Source: Octopus sinensis (lineage: Eukaryota). Taken from it: 64,000 nucleotides of DNA. The position numbers were made by a program, and so were the translations under genes. This document shows, in pieces, positions 1 through 13,289 of the stretch (position 1 is its first letter; the number at the start of each line of letters is the position of its first letter). The stretch lies in NCBI RefSeq assembly GCF_006345805.1, contig NC_043006.1:105524001-105588000 (forward strand), written 5' to 3'. Under the pieces are notes generated by a model. The model worked only from the letters and a program-made list of their open reading frames with translations. It searched no databases and had not been told where the DNA came from.

Positions 1-104
1 TTCAAAATTGGATCCGGTTATGCATGAAGAGATAAACATGTTTTTGTTTCTCTTTTTAAATATGTTACATTGTCGTGTTGGCATATGATTATTATTATTA
101 TTAT

Positions 105-143
<39 letters not shown>

Positions 144-417
144 CAGTAGTAGTAGTAGTAGTAGTAGTAGTCTACTACAGCAACTACTACTACATCCTAC
201 TAATATATCCTACGCTAGTATATATTGAATACAACTTTTGAAAATTATACGCTGTTGATATGAGTTACACACCTGATAGGTACCCACACATTGCATACAT
301 GTAAACACACACACATATGCATGTGTATATACCTGTGTATGTATATGTGTGTATGTGTATGTATGCGTATGTATGTGTATGCATGTGTATGTATATGGAT
401 GTGTATATATATATATA

Positions 418-716
418 TCACCGTGATCACCGTGACCGACCAGACTATCAGTTGTTGAAACACATCGCTGGTCACAATGCGCTTTGCATTGTTTTAGCCT
501 CCAAATGACGCCACCCCGCTGGCTAAGCGAGCAGGCCAACAGAAGAAAGAGTGAGAGAAAGACTACAGCAGGGACCGCCACCATCCTCTACCGGAGATTC
601 GTGTAGCTTTAGGTATTTTCGCTCAATAAACACTCACAACGCCCGGTCTGGGAATCGAAACCGCGATCCTACAACCGCGAGTCCGCTGCCCTAACCACTG
701 GGTCATTGCGCCTCCA

Positions 717-717
<1 letters not shown>
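418..717 (-). mobile_element. tRNA-derived SINE, family S1 (full-length copy)
   Basis: Minus strand begins gtggaggcgcaatgacccagtggttagggcagcggactcgcgg...gtttcgattcccagaccggg, with Pol III A-box and B-box-like motifs. Near-identical head at 33246 (+); homologous body at 32290-32542. Confidence 0.85.
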
Positions 718-765
<48 letters not shown>

Positions 766-797
766 GTTTGTACATATATATATATACATACATATAT

Positions 798-834
<37 letters not shown>

Positions 835-1639
835 CATACATACATACATACATACATACATACGAGTTTTGTGTACGTTTGCGTGTTTGTATTAGAAGGT
901 GTGTATCTATGTATGTTTGTATAACCACATGAATGTGTGCATAGTTTTGTGCGCGCTCAACCGTGACGAATACCAGCCGATAACTGGAGCAGCACATTCT
1001 TCCTCTGAATGTCAAATCGTGGCAGTTCCGCTGCTTCAAGGTCGGACTGTTGAGAGTGTGTCTACTCTCTGCGCTCGACCACACAAGAACTTAAAACTCT
1101 CAACGTAAGCCATGCTAGCTTGCGAATGACGTCTCTAGTTTTATTATTCTTTATGTATTTATGTATGTATGTATGGGCAAAATATGTAGGCATGTACGTA
1201 TGAATATATGTATATATTTATGTATGCACGTATGTATGTTTTCATGTTTGTATGTATTATGCATGTATGTGTCACTATATGAGTGTATATAAGTGGTTTT
1301 TCTTCGAGATTTACGTAAGCATTTGGCAGTAATCGAACCAGTCGCTCATGAAGTGACATGACATTTTTGCTGAAATAATATAATTCCAAAGAATTGTGAA
1401 TAGGTGAGAGATTTAGTGTATTGCTTATATACGAGCGTCTATTCATATTTTTGCACATATTCATAGATGTATGCATCTCTATTGTAGAACTGAACGTCAT
1501 ATCCGGTATGTATATATGTTTTGAGTTAGGTAGGTACGTATGTACGCACGTACGTTGTTATAACTCTATGTATTTTGACGCAGTATAGTCCATTGGTATG
1601 CATGCTGTATATATATAAGCACAGATAATTCTGTATGTC

Positions 1640-2500
1640 TGTATATGTGTAATTATGCATGTTTGTTCTGTTTTTAATCATTTAAAATTCTTCCTCAGAG
1701 GAAGAAGCCGGTTTCTAACAAAGAAACAAAGTTCCCTCGTAGATAACGAAAAAAATATCACATCTTCAACCTGAGAAAAGTCTTGCAAAGTCATTCTGTT
1801 CTGCTTACAGATTGTATTTGTAATGTGTGAATCAGTTGGTAGATTTCATCTTCTAAAAACCCACGCTTATCCAGACTGACAGTTACGCATTTACTTACTA
1901 AACCAAGAGCTCCAATAATTACTGGTATAAATGGAAATTTGTAATTCGGATACAAAAGCTGAATCTTTTGATGAAGTTGTCCATAGTTACCTTCCTCTTT
2001 GATTTCCAAAGAGATATTCACATCAGCCGGAGAGCTGACCCCTATGTCGGTACATACTCTCTCTTGAATCTCCGAAACAACAATGTCTAGCCTGTTATAT
2101 TTACACTTGACAGATGTTTTGATGGAAATGTTCCAGCAGTATTCGTTGTGTTGTTATTTGTGTACGTATTCAGGAGAACTCTATATTTCCTCCAGGATTG
2201 CCTTTTTTTCCGAATAGCACTGTCTATTGTTTTTGCGACAAAGTCAAGTCACATAGAGAGGTAGTAACTTGATGCATCTTGAGGGAAGCTGCTTTTCACA
2301 TGTGTGATGTCGTCGAAAGAAATATGAGATAATCTACATTTTCGGTTGCATCTTGGAATTCGAAAGGCTTCACTGTATTTCCTATTGATTAGGCATTTAG
2401 TAGCAATCTCCTGTTCTTGCATTGCAAATGCATAGCCTTCGAAGTGTGATGTGACGTAGCGATCAAGAGTCCAAAAGAGGCTTCGTTTCATGTCAATGAT
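1640..2500 (-). mobile_element. R4/Dong-type non-LTR retrotransposon, 3' fragment (CCHC region + REL endonuclease + 3' UTR), decayed
   Basis: ORF-track peptides EGYAFAMQEQEIATK..CNRKCRL..ITHV (CCHC region) and QLLYPNYKFPFIPVIIGALGLV..LQIQSVS match the C-terminus of REL-type non-LTR elements. Homologous pieces at 2545, 40010 and 41700. Confidence 0.75.
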
Positions 2501-2544
2501 ACTATTTTCTTCAAGTTTTCGTGTTTATGTATGTTGTCTCCTAT

Positions 2545-2800
2545 TTTTTAATTATTTGAAGTCTTCTTGTAAGGAAGAAGTCGCTTTCTAACAAAGATAT
2601 AAAGCTCCATCGTTGGAACGTAGATAACAAAAGCAATATCACAGTTTGACCTTGAGAAAATCTTGCATATTTTTATTGCTCCGCTTACAGACTGTATTTG
2701 TAATATGCATATCAGATGGTCCAATTTCTTTTTTCTGAAAACCCCTCGCTTGTGCAGATTGTCAATTAGGTATTTAATAAAAACTAAGTGCACAAATTAT
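2545..2800 (-). mobile_element. Second, shorter 3' end of the same R4/Dong-type family
   Basis: LICILQIQSVSGAIKICKIF plus a 3' UTR (tttctaacaaaga...atatcaca) homologous to 1640-1860. Confidence 0.65.
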
Positions 2801-2989
2801 TATTGCTATACATATGAATGTATAATCTGTATGCATGCATGTGTATATGCATGTGCATATATATGCATTTGTATATGTAGACATGCATGTATGTATGCAT
2901 ACGTGCATGTATACAAACATAGAGATCTACGTAATACTTTCTTTTGTGTATCCTTTCCATTACAAAAAAGCTGACACACCCAATTACAA

Positions 2990-3290
2990 AGGCTTTACAT
3001 TGTCAAAGCAAATGATTAAATCTAAGAAAACCAAAAGTAATTAAAAATGTTGGCACGTCTTAGACCTACCTACTACATTGTTTGTGAACCACTAAAAGCC
3101 AATCCCATGACGGGAAGGAAGTACACATCTGCTTACAAAGCCCAACATTAATATATTCTGAATAGTAACATAAGTCTCAATTTAATCAATAAAAATTTCT
3201 CCAAAACAACTTTATATTACACCGCAACCCACAAGCTAATTACTACTCCACTCAAACCTACACACCGAAGGGTGATTTTAATTCAAAAGA
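2990..3290 (+). mobile_element. Possible heavily decayed Penelope-like RT thumb fragment
   Basis: Manual translation gives HVLDL..KP and SNISLNLINKNFSKTTLYY, reminiscent of the PLE post-RT region. Weak. Confidence 0.3.
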
Positions 3291-3437
3291 AACTATATGT
3301 TGTTCACCTTCCGCCTGGTCACGGATAAATGCTATACCCTGGTATCGACGCCAGTGCTAAGCATTTTGTCCGGCGTGCTACTGATTCTGAATTCTGCCAG
3401 CTCGCAGGTTTCATAATAATAATAATAATAATAATAA

Positions 3438-3649
3438 CGGTTTCAAATTTTGGCAGAAGGCCAGTAATTTCGTGGGCAGGGGTTAGTCGATTACATCAAC
3501 TCCAGTGTTCCACTAGTACCTATTTTATCGACTCTGAAAGGATGAAAGACAAAGCTGACTATGACGGAATTTGAACTCAGAACGTAAGGACGGACGAAAT
3601 GCCGCTAAGCATCTTGCCCGGCGTGTTAACGATTCTGCCAGCTCGCCGC
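3438..3649 (-). mobile_element. SINE family S2 (head ggcggcgagctggcagaatcgttagc)
   Basis: Reverse complement of the consensus seen at 31547, 38614 and 47345. An extra head-only fragment lies at about 3352-3408. Confidence 0.8.
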
Positions 3650-3654
3650 ATTCA

Positions 3655-3699
<45 letters not shown>

Positions 3700-3701
<2 letters not shown>

Positions 3702-4150
3702 ATGCCCTGGAGCGATACCAAGCAGTGGCTCTGATGGCTTCTGACCATAACTGATTGAAAGCATTAACTAAGCTGTACATGTTTTGTCTTAGAGTAAAAC
3801 ATGGGCTACAGCAAATATTCTGTTTAATACAAACGTTTGCTTGTCAGTTGTTTGAGTATGTAGTTTAATGATGGACGGTATGTGTATATCTGATCAGGAG
3901 CAGGAGCAGGAATAGTGGAGGAGCATCATAGCCGTTAGTGCGAGATGGGATACAAGACGCGAAGAAAATTTTAACTGGGCTCCACGGGAAAGGTCATGCG
4001 CTGATTGTCTTGGTATAAGATTACCATGTCGTACACATATGGTTGTGATGCATGTGCCTAGTGTACCCTTATCGGACGTGTAGTTATGATGGGTATACTG
4101 GGCTTCGTATATTTCACCCCAATGTCACTTTGATGACGTGTGCTACTCTC
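3700..4150 (+). mobile_element. Interspersed repeat (probable non-LTR 3' UTR or non-autonomous derivative), internally deleted
   Basis: Homologous to 12549-13270 (gcagtggctct..atgggctacagcaaatattctg..gtgcctagtgtacccttatc..tgtcactttgatg). Confidence 0.65.
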
Positions 4151-4271
4151 TGGCCAGAATAATCAGGAAAGTATGAAGAAATAGCATGGAACACTTGACT
4201 ACTGGCAGCGAGCCCACTACACACGCAAGACTCCAGGTGTTCCAACAAAACCTGAGTTAAAAAGAATAACA

Positions 4272-4465
4272 ATAATCTTTTCTACTATAGGTAAAAGGCC
4301 TGAAATGTTGGGTAAGTGGGGTAGTTGATTACATTGACCCCTGTGTTCAGCTGCTACTTATTCTATCTACCTCGAAAGAGTGTAAGGCAAAGTCGACTTC
4401 GGCGGAATTTAGACGTAGAACGTTAACAGCCGGCAGAATACCCATGAGCATTTTGTCCGAGGTAC
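4272..4465 (-). mobile_element. SINE family S2, diverged copy
   Basis: gcaaagtcgacttcggcggaattt is the reverse complement of the S2 core aaattccgccgaggtcgactttgc. Confidence 0.7.
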
Positions 4466-5365
4466 TACAATTGTAATAGTTGTAATTTGTAAAATAATCA
4501 AAGTCGAAATCGACGGTGGATCCATTCACTTTTATGTTCCGCTTGTGCATTTCACGAACGTATGCGACACGCATTCAAACCGAGACAACCTTAGCAAGAC
4601 TAATTTCAATCTACCTGTCATTTTGTAGATACATCACAAATACGTAACACACCAAGTGAGAGAGTAAACAAACCAGGTAGATTATTCTGCATATTTCTTT
4701 AAATTTCACACACAATTGCCTACCTTAGTAGTGACTGTTCGCCTACCATCTGCTTTTCGCATAATAAACCACAGCGAATTATAAACATGCCTAGAGACAT
4801 CGAAATGTAAACAACACAACAACAACAGAAACAAAAACGTATTAATTTTGTGTCGAGCGATTTGTAGTTCAGGACGTCAACTATTTTGAAAATCACCAAC
4901 CATGACATTCAGACAGATAAATGTATTATGGTAAATTATTAATATTGACATCAAAGAAATACATTAAATTTGAGTTATAAAAATATGTAACTTAAAATAA
5001 CTGAGCAAAAAAGAAAATTATGGTAGCATCTTCACACACACGCACAGACACACATACACACAAATACATGCACACATACAGATACACGCATAAATGCACA
5101 CATACACACGCACATGTGCAAAACAAGCGAATAAACTCGGGTCTGAGTTATTCTGGCGAAAGCCTTTTCACGTCGCTCATCTGACGCTGTCTTATTTGCC
5201 ATCGGGGATTTAAATAGTTCGCTCTCTCTCTCTCCTTCTCTCTCTCTCTCTCTCTCCTTCTCTTTCTTTCTTTCTTCTCTCTTTCTCTCTCTCTCCCCCC
5301 TCTCTCTCTCTCTCTCTCTCCTTAAAATAATGGCTTACAATAGCACATGCTATAATATCAACCGA

Positions 5366-5524
5366 GGCGTGGCTGTATTGTAAGAAGTTTGCTTCTCATC
5401 TACATGGTTCTGGGTTCAATCGTTGCATTGCTTGTCAAGCATCTTTTGCTATACCTCTGGATCGATCAAAGCCCTGTGAGTGGATTTGGTAGACGGAAAC
5501 TGAATGAAGTCTGTCGTATATGTA

Positions 5525-5555
<31 letters not shown>

Positions 5556-5810
5556 GTGTGCGTGTGAGTACTTTACTGCCTGCTTGGAGTGATAGTTGTA
5601 AATGATTGTCCCCATCATGCAGGCAGTGTCCTACGTTTCATATTCAATCGTCCGTAAAGACATGTCTGGCTATAGCGGAATATAACCTGACTAGAAAAAG
5701 GTGAGCGTTGGCGACAGGAAGGGCATCCTGACGTACGAAAGTACGCCTCAACAAATTCCGCCCTACCCATGCAAGCACTGAAAAGTGGACGCTAAAATGA
5801 TGATAACGAC
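5366..5810 (+). mobile_element. SINE family S3 head + (GT)n + distinct 3' tail
   Basis: Head is homologous to 45090-45255 (gtgagtggatttggtagacggaaactgaa). The tail contains gttggcgacaggaagggcatcc...cccatgcaagca..gaaaagtggacg and ends in (GAT)n. Confidence 0.7.
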
Positions 5811-7272
5811 GGTGATGATGATGATGATGATGACGACGACGACGACGACGATGATGGTGATGATAAACATGATGACACTACCCGACTGATTCTTAACCTC
5901 TTAATAGCAATGCGAGCTCAAACGGGGGCAACAAATGTAAACGAAGCTGTGTGGTGGACTCAGTGTTTAGAAGTGTCGGAATGTTTCTCATTTATCTAAA
6001 ACAGTTGAATAGTTTTGTATGTAATTATATTTAAAATATTTATGAATACTTTAGATTTTTAAATATCTAAAATATTTAAACCATCAGCCGAAATGTGTGA
6101 ACAACAAGATGAGAACAAATAGCCGTCAAATGTAAATAATGTAAATAATGTAAAATCAAATAATTTTCAATATTCAAATTTTATCCTTAGCAACAATATT
6201 TTAAGTAAAAATGTTCTTGTTCTGTACAAATGTAATAAGTTGTCCTCAACTTTTCCAAGTGTAATAACTTGTTCTATATTTTTCCAGCTTTATGATCTTA
6301 AGAATATCATTTTTCTTACTCGCATTTTTCCATGTATCCATGATTTTTCAAGGCTATGCTATTAAGCTAATTAATAATGTGTCAAATGTGACAATTAGCG
6401 GTGTCGTTGGTAATTTTTTCCTTACCTCTCATAACTCTTTTTCTTTTAAAACTTCATTGTATCAGATTGATACCATGAAATTCCTCAATCATTTAAGCTT
6501 AATCAAAATATAGTTAATTTTTAAAATAAAAAAAGTCAATTATAATTAAATCCATCTTTTTGCCTTATATTTTTTTCCTGATATTTTACCTCACAATTTT
6601 TATCGATGCAAATTTTCGTTGCATGGGATCAAAACTATGAATTTCTTGATGCTTTCTTCTATCATTGAAGCTAAGATAAATATAGTTTGCTTTTAAAAAA
6701 AAAAAAAAAGTTATTTAGATTTAAACTTGATTGGTGGCGTTACTTTCCTATAACTTGGCTACAAATTTTGATGTTAAGTCTTCAATTTGGTTAAGAACTG
6801 AATTAGCGACAAACTCTAAAAGATGCTGCGTGTGAGTAAGTTGCGGCCTTAAGAATATTATTCAACTATTACCGTATTTGACTGATAGTCGCGACGAAGA
6901 TATTTGTATTTGAAGATACCCACGATTACCAGCGCCACGACCACGTACTTTGGTAAATTTAGTCATACATGTCATAGCGACCACTTCCCTTTGTGGAAAA
7001 TAAAACGCACGCTATACTTTACGTGATGCATTGAGTTCTTCTGTTGCCTGAATGCACACTTCTACATCAAAAATACCTCTCTCTCTCTCTCTCTCACTCG
7101 CTCTCTCTTTCCCCGATCTCTCTTTCTCTCTCTCTTTCTTTCTCTCTCTCTCCTTCTCTCGCTCTCTCTTTCTCTCTCTCTCTCTAACTCTCTTTCACCC
7201 TCTATTTATATATCTATCTATGTATCTATTAACTATCTCTATCACTTTCTCTCTCTCTCTCTCTCTGTATAC

Positions 7273-7370
<98 letters not shown>
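7273..7370. repeat. Perfect (GATA)n microsatellite with no LINE insertion
   Basis: Directly visible tandem array. Confidence 0.95.
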
Positions 7371-7371
<1 letters not shown>

Positions 7372-7721
7372 CAAACATATAATTTAGTGTGTACTTTTTA
7401 AGCAAGAGCTATAAGTTGTTTCTAGCCATTAAGACACGTGTTTAGACAGGTTTTATAACGTAACTTGTGCCATCAAGCAATTTTAGGCTTTGAACACGTG
7501 GTCTGTTCTACTTGAAATCCGAACGCTGATTTTCATATCAAAGACCAGCCGTCTAACTCTCTATTTCACCAACAACAATACAGAAACGAAAACCCAAACC
7601 CACTGAAAGACAGTGACCCAGCATAGCCTCAGCTCTTCACTGAAGCCAATAAAACAACAATACAATGTATGTATAGACACACATACAGACACAGGCGTAC
7701 AGACATGAAAAGGTGTGAATG

Positions 7722-8938
7722 TATTAGGTCGTCCCATAATTGCATGAACTAAAAGTCGGAGGGTGACAGGATAAAAATACCTGCATCAACTTGCTACAAA
7801 AGCAGGTAGTAATTTTATCTTGTGCTTATTCCTAGTGCAAGTTTTGAAGAGTGCAGTTCGATTTTAACAGTTATTTCTTCAAAGTTATAATGGAAGTGTC
7901 AAAGGAGCATATTCGGCATATTTTGCTTAAAGAATTCAATTAAGGCAACAACGCAACGGGAAGTGCTAAAATATTAATGCAGTATATGGGGATCGGACAA
8001 TAAGCGTAAGCCAGTGTCAACGGTGGACCAGAAATTCTGAGCCGGAAACTACAGCCTAGAAGACAAGCTGTAGAGCTCGACGAGGAGGTCCTTCAAACCC
8101 TGGTGGAACAAAATCCTATCTTAACTGTTGAGGAACTAGCAAAGAAGATTGGATTTGGTCATTCAACCATTCATTACTCCTGCATGCCATCGGAAAAGTT
8201 AGCAAATTGGGTCAATGGGTTCCTCACAAACTTTCCGAGTCTAATCGCGCGCAGTGAGTGAATGTGTGCTCTACTTTGCAGTTGCGTCTCACGAATGAGC
8301 TTTTTCGGACCTCATAGTGACTGGTGATGAGAAAATGTCAAGCGCCGAAGACAGTGGCTACGGAAATGAGAAACACCCGACACACCCGGATAAAGAAGGT
8401 CTTCACCCACGAAAAGTGTTGTTATCTGTTTGGTGGGATATGAAATGTTTAGTCCAAGCCCAAACCAATCGATAACAAAAGATCTGCCAGCAGCTAGAGC
8501 GGCTTAAGTCAGCGCTAGAAGGAAAACGATCATTTTTGGTTTGAAGACGAAAAATGTTACTCCATTAGAATAATGCTCGGCCACATACAGCGAGGATGAC
8601 ATTCGAAAGGCTGGAGTAGTTTGAATGGGAAATGATGCCCCACCCACCATATCCGCTGGACATTGCACCATCTGATTATCAATTATTCTGCAGTCTTCAA
8701 AATCATTTGGACGGAAAATATATGAATTCTGTAGACGAGGTCAGAATAGTTATGGAGTAGTATTTTCCGTCACGGTAAGTCAAGTTTGGAAGAGGGGCCT
8801 TGCAAGTCTTCCAGATAAATGGAAGAGAATGGTAAAAAAGGAAGGAGATTATATTTTAGATGAAAAAGAACATTGCTTAACTTAATTTTGAAAAATAAAA
8901 GTATTAAAAAACTGCATTATTTATGGGATGACCCAATA
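7722..8938 (+). mobile_element. Mariner (Tc1/mariner, D,D34D-type) DNA transposon, full-length but decayed
   Basis: TIRs tattaggtcgtcccataa (7722) and ttatgggatgacccaata (8921-8938) match at 16/18 with TA termini. Broken transposase from ATG 7890: MEVSKEHIRHILL..., WVPHKL, IVTGDEK, LHPRKVLLSVWWD, LLH*NNARPHTA, PHPPYPLDIAPSDYQLF. Stops and frameshifts present. Confidence 0.92.
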
Positions 8939-8967
8939 TGTATATGTGTATGTATCTGTATATACAT

Positions 8968-9195
8968 GATATTGGTTTTAAATTTTGTCACAAGGCCAGC
9001 AGATATTTGGGGGTTGGAAGGGGCTGAGTCGTTTGAATCGACCCCAGTACTCAACTGGTACTTATTTCATCGTCCTCAAAGGGATGAAAGGTAAAGTCAA
9101 CCTTACCGGAATTTGAACTCAGAACGTAATGGCGGACTTAACGCCGCCAAGCAATTTTCCCGGCATGTTAACGATTTTGCCAGCTGACCACCTTT
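8968..9195 (-). mobile_element. SINE family S2
   Basis: Reverse complement of the S2 consensus (ggaatttgaactcagaacgtaa; gttaacgattttgccagct). Confidence 0.8.
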
Positions 9196-9579
9196 GTCCA
9201 AATATTGATTTCACTATTTAGCGCGGCCCATGTCCAAATTTATTATATAATGAGGTTAAAATATAAGCTATATACATATATATATATATGTGTGTACGTG
9301 CATGTGTTTGTGTGAGTATGTGTGTGTGTGTGTGTGTCATCGACGATAAATATATTTTGAATAACAACACGGAACTAATCGCAGACTTAATGAAATTATA
9401 TAGAACGAACTGCTAAATATGAATATTAAATAGCAGCAAAATTGAATATTTATAAATTTATAGGTTAGTCAAATTTAGTATGCATTTATTTTGTGTGTCA
9501 GCTGTTGCCTCGAGTCACCTGATAAAAAGTTGACTAATATATTTACTTAGTTTAGTTCACATTCAAATTTCGCAAACAC

Positions 9580-9830
9580 GCGCCGCCTAGTGGATTCAGT
9601 GTTGTACTCTCGGTCGTTGTATCAGGATTTCGATTCTCTGACTGAGCGGTGCGTTGTGTCCTTCAGCAAGACACATCACTTCACGTTGTTCCCGTGCATT
9701 CAACTGAAAATGTGGACCAGTGATATGTGTCAGTTAATCTGCGACGGCTTTCGGTCCCATCGAAGTGAAGCTGCTGAAATGCAACGGAAGCCGAACCACA
9801 ATTTTTGTCTAATAAACTTATAGTGCGAGA
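9580..9830 (+). mobile_element. SINE family S4, diverged
   Basis: tRNA-like head followed by gcgttgtgtccttcagcaagacac, homologous to 13845-14163. Confidence 0.6.
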
Positions 9831-11109
9831 AAAACTTTAAACGTATATTCAAAGTTCAAATCTCGCCGAAGTGATTTACTCTTTGTTTTGTTTTTTTGTT
9901 TTTTTTTTCTGTCACTAAAATACTGTGCTGAAATATGCAAATTGTGTAACCACGTGGTTCTAGGATCGATCTTACATCGCTGTACCTTGTATGATGGGTG
10001 GTTACCTGTTTGCATATTCACATATTTACAATCTTATATTTGTGTTCTTTTATACTTCGTGTTCCTCGTTATTTATCGCTTCCACAAGAACGAACTACTG
10101 ATATAATAAAAATTGACTGTAAAAATCTACTGGTTCTGATATGATACACAGGACACCATGGCTGCTGTACAAATGACTAAAAGCATTAAGAGAAATAAGG
10201 AAAAATACTTCTGGTTATGTCCGTGCTTCACCGAGGACGTTTATAAGACCGAAACATTATCTGATTTGTCTCTCTCGCTTCTGCTTGATATAGAAATATG
10301 TCAAAAGCTCTTGATCTCTTTCACGCCTCTAAAACAACTTCTAACAGATCATCATTGCTCCTGGAACTTTTGAATTATTCAATCGTTTGATCATTGTGTT
10401 ATCTTCACCACTCGACCGCCACACATCCACATCAATGCAAATGTCTCACTTCCCAGCAATTAAGGTTTTTGAAGTCAGCTGACTAATCGAAGGTCTTCCA
10501 GTTCTATATTACGTATCTTCTTTCAAAGTATATTTACTTCACCTCTGGTTTATTTGAAACAATTAGGTGAACAACTGCAATCAGCTTCCTTGGAAAGCCT
10601 CTCCACATTCGCACACAAACAAAACTTGCAGCTCTAAATCTCCAAGTGGTACATTTGTAGATTCGCTCTCACTGTTCAGGCAAACACAGTCAACATCGGA
10701 TAGAAAAAAATCGCTCGTCCTTCAAATTGAGTGGCTTTAACACGACACCGAGATTGCCGCACCACTAGCATCCGAAATGTGAAGGTTACCTCTATGTACC
10801 ACACACTTCGCAAGATTTCCCACCTTCCAAATTATAGTTGGTCCATTTGGCTCTTTGCCAAAATTATCGTTACCAACGCTGCGCAATACTCTTTTTACTA
10901 ACTTTTTAAATATAATGGTTCTGTGAACAATATTTATGCGAGGTAAAAAAAAACATTCATATCTTATGTCCGATTTATATTTAATTTTCTCCTCTGCACA
11001 CTTAGCAAATTGCAATGGTATCCCACAACCATAGGTCCATGACAACATAATCTTATGCACCACGTGTAGAAGTACCTCTGGCAACTTCAAACTAACAAAA
11101 TGTTTATCC

Positions 11110-11690
11110 ACATGACGTAAGCAAAGCATTTGATCGTGGTCTGCAGAGGGAACTCTCTCTGACCAGCACTGGTGTGCCTTCAGGTTGAATTTTGTTCCTC
11201 ATACCCCACTCCTCTACATCAATGGCTTATATGTTGTCACCTCTAATATCGCTTACTTCCCTAAACTTCTGAGCAAAAGGGCTATTCTCTTGCAGCACTG
11301 CATAAAACTAACACAAACTCCCTCAAGAGCGGTTGTAAATACATCCTCTCATACGGTCATATCCATCTTGTCGCTTTTAAAAGTATGAAACGTAATCACT
11401 AAGCACACGAAGAAAACAATATCGCATCCCTAATCATGAACGGCGTCCCACAAGGGCCCTGAATGAAGGTCGCTACAGATGCTTGGCTTTACCATCACCG
11501 AGAATCGCGCCTGGGGATTGTATATCATTGACGTATAACATCAACTGCATCAAATAACAAGACTTCTTCTTCAGAGCTATAAAGTATTTCAGTCGTCAGT
11601 AACTGCTAACCTGTATAAGACAAACAATGGAATATTCCTCTCATAACTGGGACGGTGTTTTTCCTTACTGAGTCTATTAAATAGCGTCTA
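11110..11690 (+). mobile_element. CR1/L2/Jockey-group LINE reverse transcriptase relic
   Basis: Degenerate motifs DVSKAFDR (about 11112), TGVPSG*IL and LLYINGL (GVPQGSILGP..LYINDL equivalents). Heavily mutated. Confidence 0.6.
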
Positions 11691-12321
11691 CAGTATGACT
11701 GGTACTTAACTTTATCGATACAAGCCTAGATATTTGTATGTTTCGTAACACACACGAACATCCCAGAAAGGTGTTCAATCTGGACAACCTGACTGATTGC
11801 CCTGTTTCTCAGTTTCTTTTTCCGCCCCCATTTCCCCCCTCTCTCTCTCTCTTCTATACCGCCACGACGTGATTCGCTCCTCCACAGACAAGGCCGATAT
11901 CGCCGCCTCCGCTCAAGCATTCTCGCTTTACTCGTCTCTGTTCCTCTCACCCCTTGTATTGCTTCTACTACACAGGACCCATGTTAACCACCGCAATCAT
12001 TTCTCTCCAGGATATCGTTCATCCAAAATCCTCCTAACCGCCATCATTTTCCAACTATAAAAAAGCAAGCTTTAGTCGTATCGATCCGACCGATGACAGC
12101 AAACTTGTGAAAGTCACGGATCACAAACTTTTCCTCGGGACGAAAACATTAACATAAAATATACAATCTGGTGATGGGTATCTATGGTAATTAGACAACC
12201 TGGGACACCATACCACATTACACCATTTGTATTAATTAAAATATAATAAAATGCATAGTAATTAATTCATTGATTGGCATCAGATGTTAAAATTGCGACA
12301 TATTAAATTCCAGATATATTA

Positions 12322-12546
<225 letters not shown>

Positions 12547-12548
12547 AT

Positions 12549-13270
12549 GTTGTCTTGATGCAGTATCAGACAGTGGCTCTCATGGATTTTGATCTTAACC
12601 TACTGAAGGTGTTATCATGTACATTGTTTTGTCTCGGTATAAAAGACAGGTTACAGTAAATATTCTGCTCATAACCACAGAATTGCTTATTAGTTGCTTA
12701 ATTGTAACCTGTTGAGTATGTGGCTGACGATATGTGCATCTCTGATCATGAGCAGAAGTCGTGGTTGAGTATAGACAGATACAGCACCAGGCAGTGGTGC
12801 TCATGGTTTCTAATCTTAACTGATTGGAAGTGTTAACATGTCCATTATTTTGTCTTGGTATAAAGGATGGGCTACAGCAAATATTCTGCTCAGTACCACA
12901 GATTTGCTTGTCAGTTGTTTGACCATAACCAGTTGAACATGTCCCTTAGTGGCTGAAAATATGTGCATCTCTGATCACGAGCAGAAGTAGTGGGGTAGCA
13001 TCATAGCCATGTGTTGAGAGGAATTCTTTGGGGATTTGGATAATTCCCCTTTGGAAACATGAGTGTTTCGTTCAACATCCTGAAAGAACCCTTATTCAGA
13101 GACCTTTTCAGCAAGATGGGCTGATTATCTTGATATGAGATCACCATGGCGGATACATATCGTTGTGATGCATGTGCCTAGTGTACCCTTATCAGACATG
13201 TAGTCATAATGAGTATACTGGGTGTCGTATATTGTACCCCAGTGTCACTTTGATGGCATGCACTGCACTC
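12549..13270 (+). mobile_element. Interspersed repeat with its first ~230 bp tandemly duplicated, flanked by (AAT)n
   Basis: 12549-12778 and 12780-13010 are diverged direct copies. Ends gcactgcactctcactcaataataat. Homologue at 3700-4150. Confidence 0.75.
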
Positions 13271-13289
13271 TCACTCAATAATAATATGG

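Noticed and set aside
646-717. tRNA-like sequences here and at 33246, 13850 and 45090
   Set aside because: They are SINE heads: A/B boxes are present, but there is no proper cloverleaf and they continue into repeat bodies.
1650-1670. ttcttcctc-a-gaggaagaa hairpin with CTGAGGA and a nearby GAAA on the minus strand
   Set aside because: The order and spacing do not allow stems I-III of a hammerhead; it is part of the LINE 3' UTR.
6250-7040. Possible decayed transposase on the minus strand
   Set aside because: No diagnostic motif or TIR could be recovered by eye.
10380-11100. 130-aa ORF (10737-11129) and neighbouring coding-like sequence
   Set aside because: No recognisable family motif; the ORF start overlaps the CR1-type relic. 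Needs BLASTx.
11585-11605. Minus-strand CTGACGA-ct-GAAA
   Set aside because: No stem II and no plausible stems I/III; lies in an RT relic.
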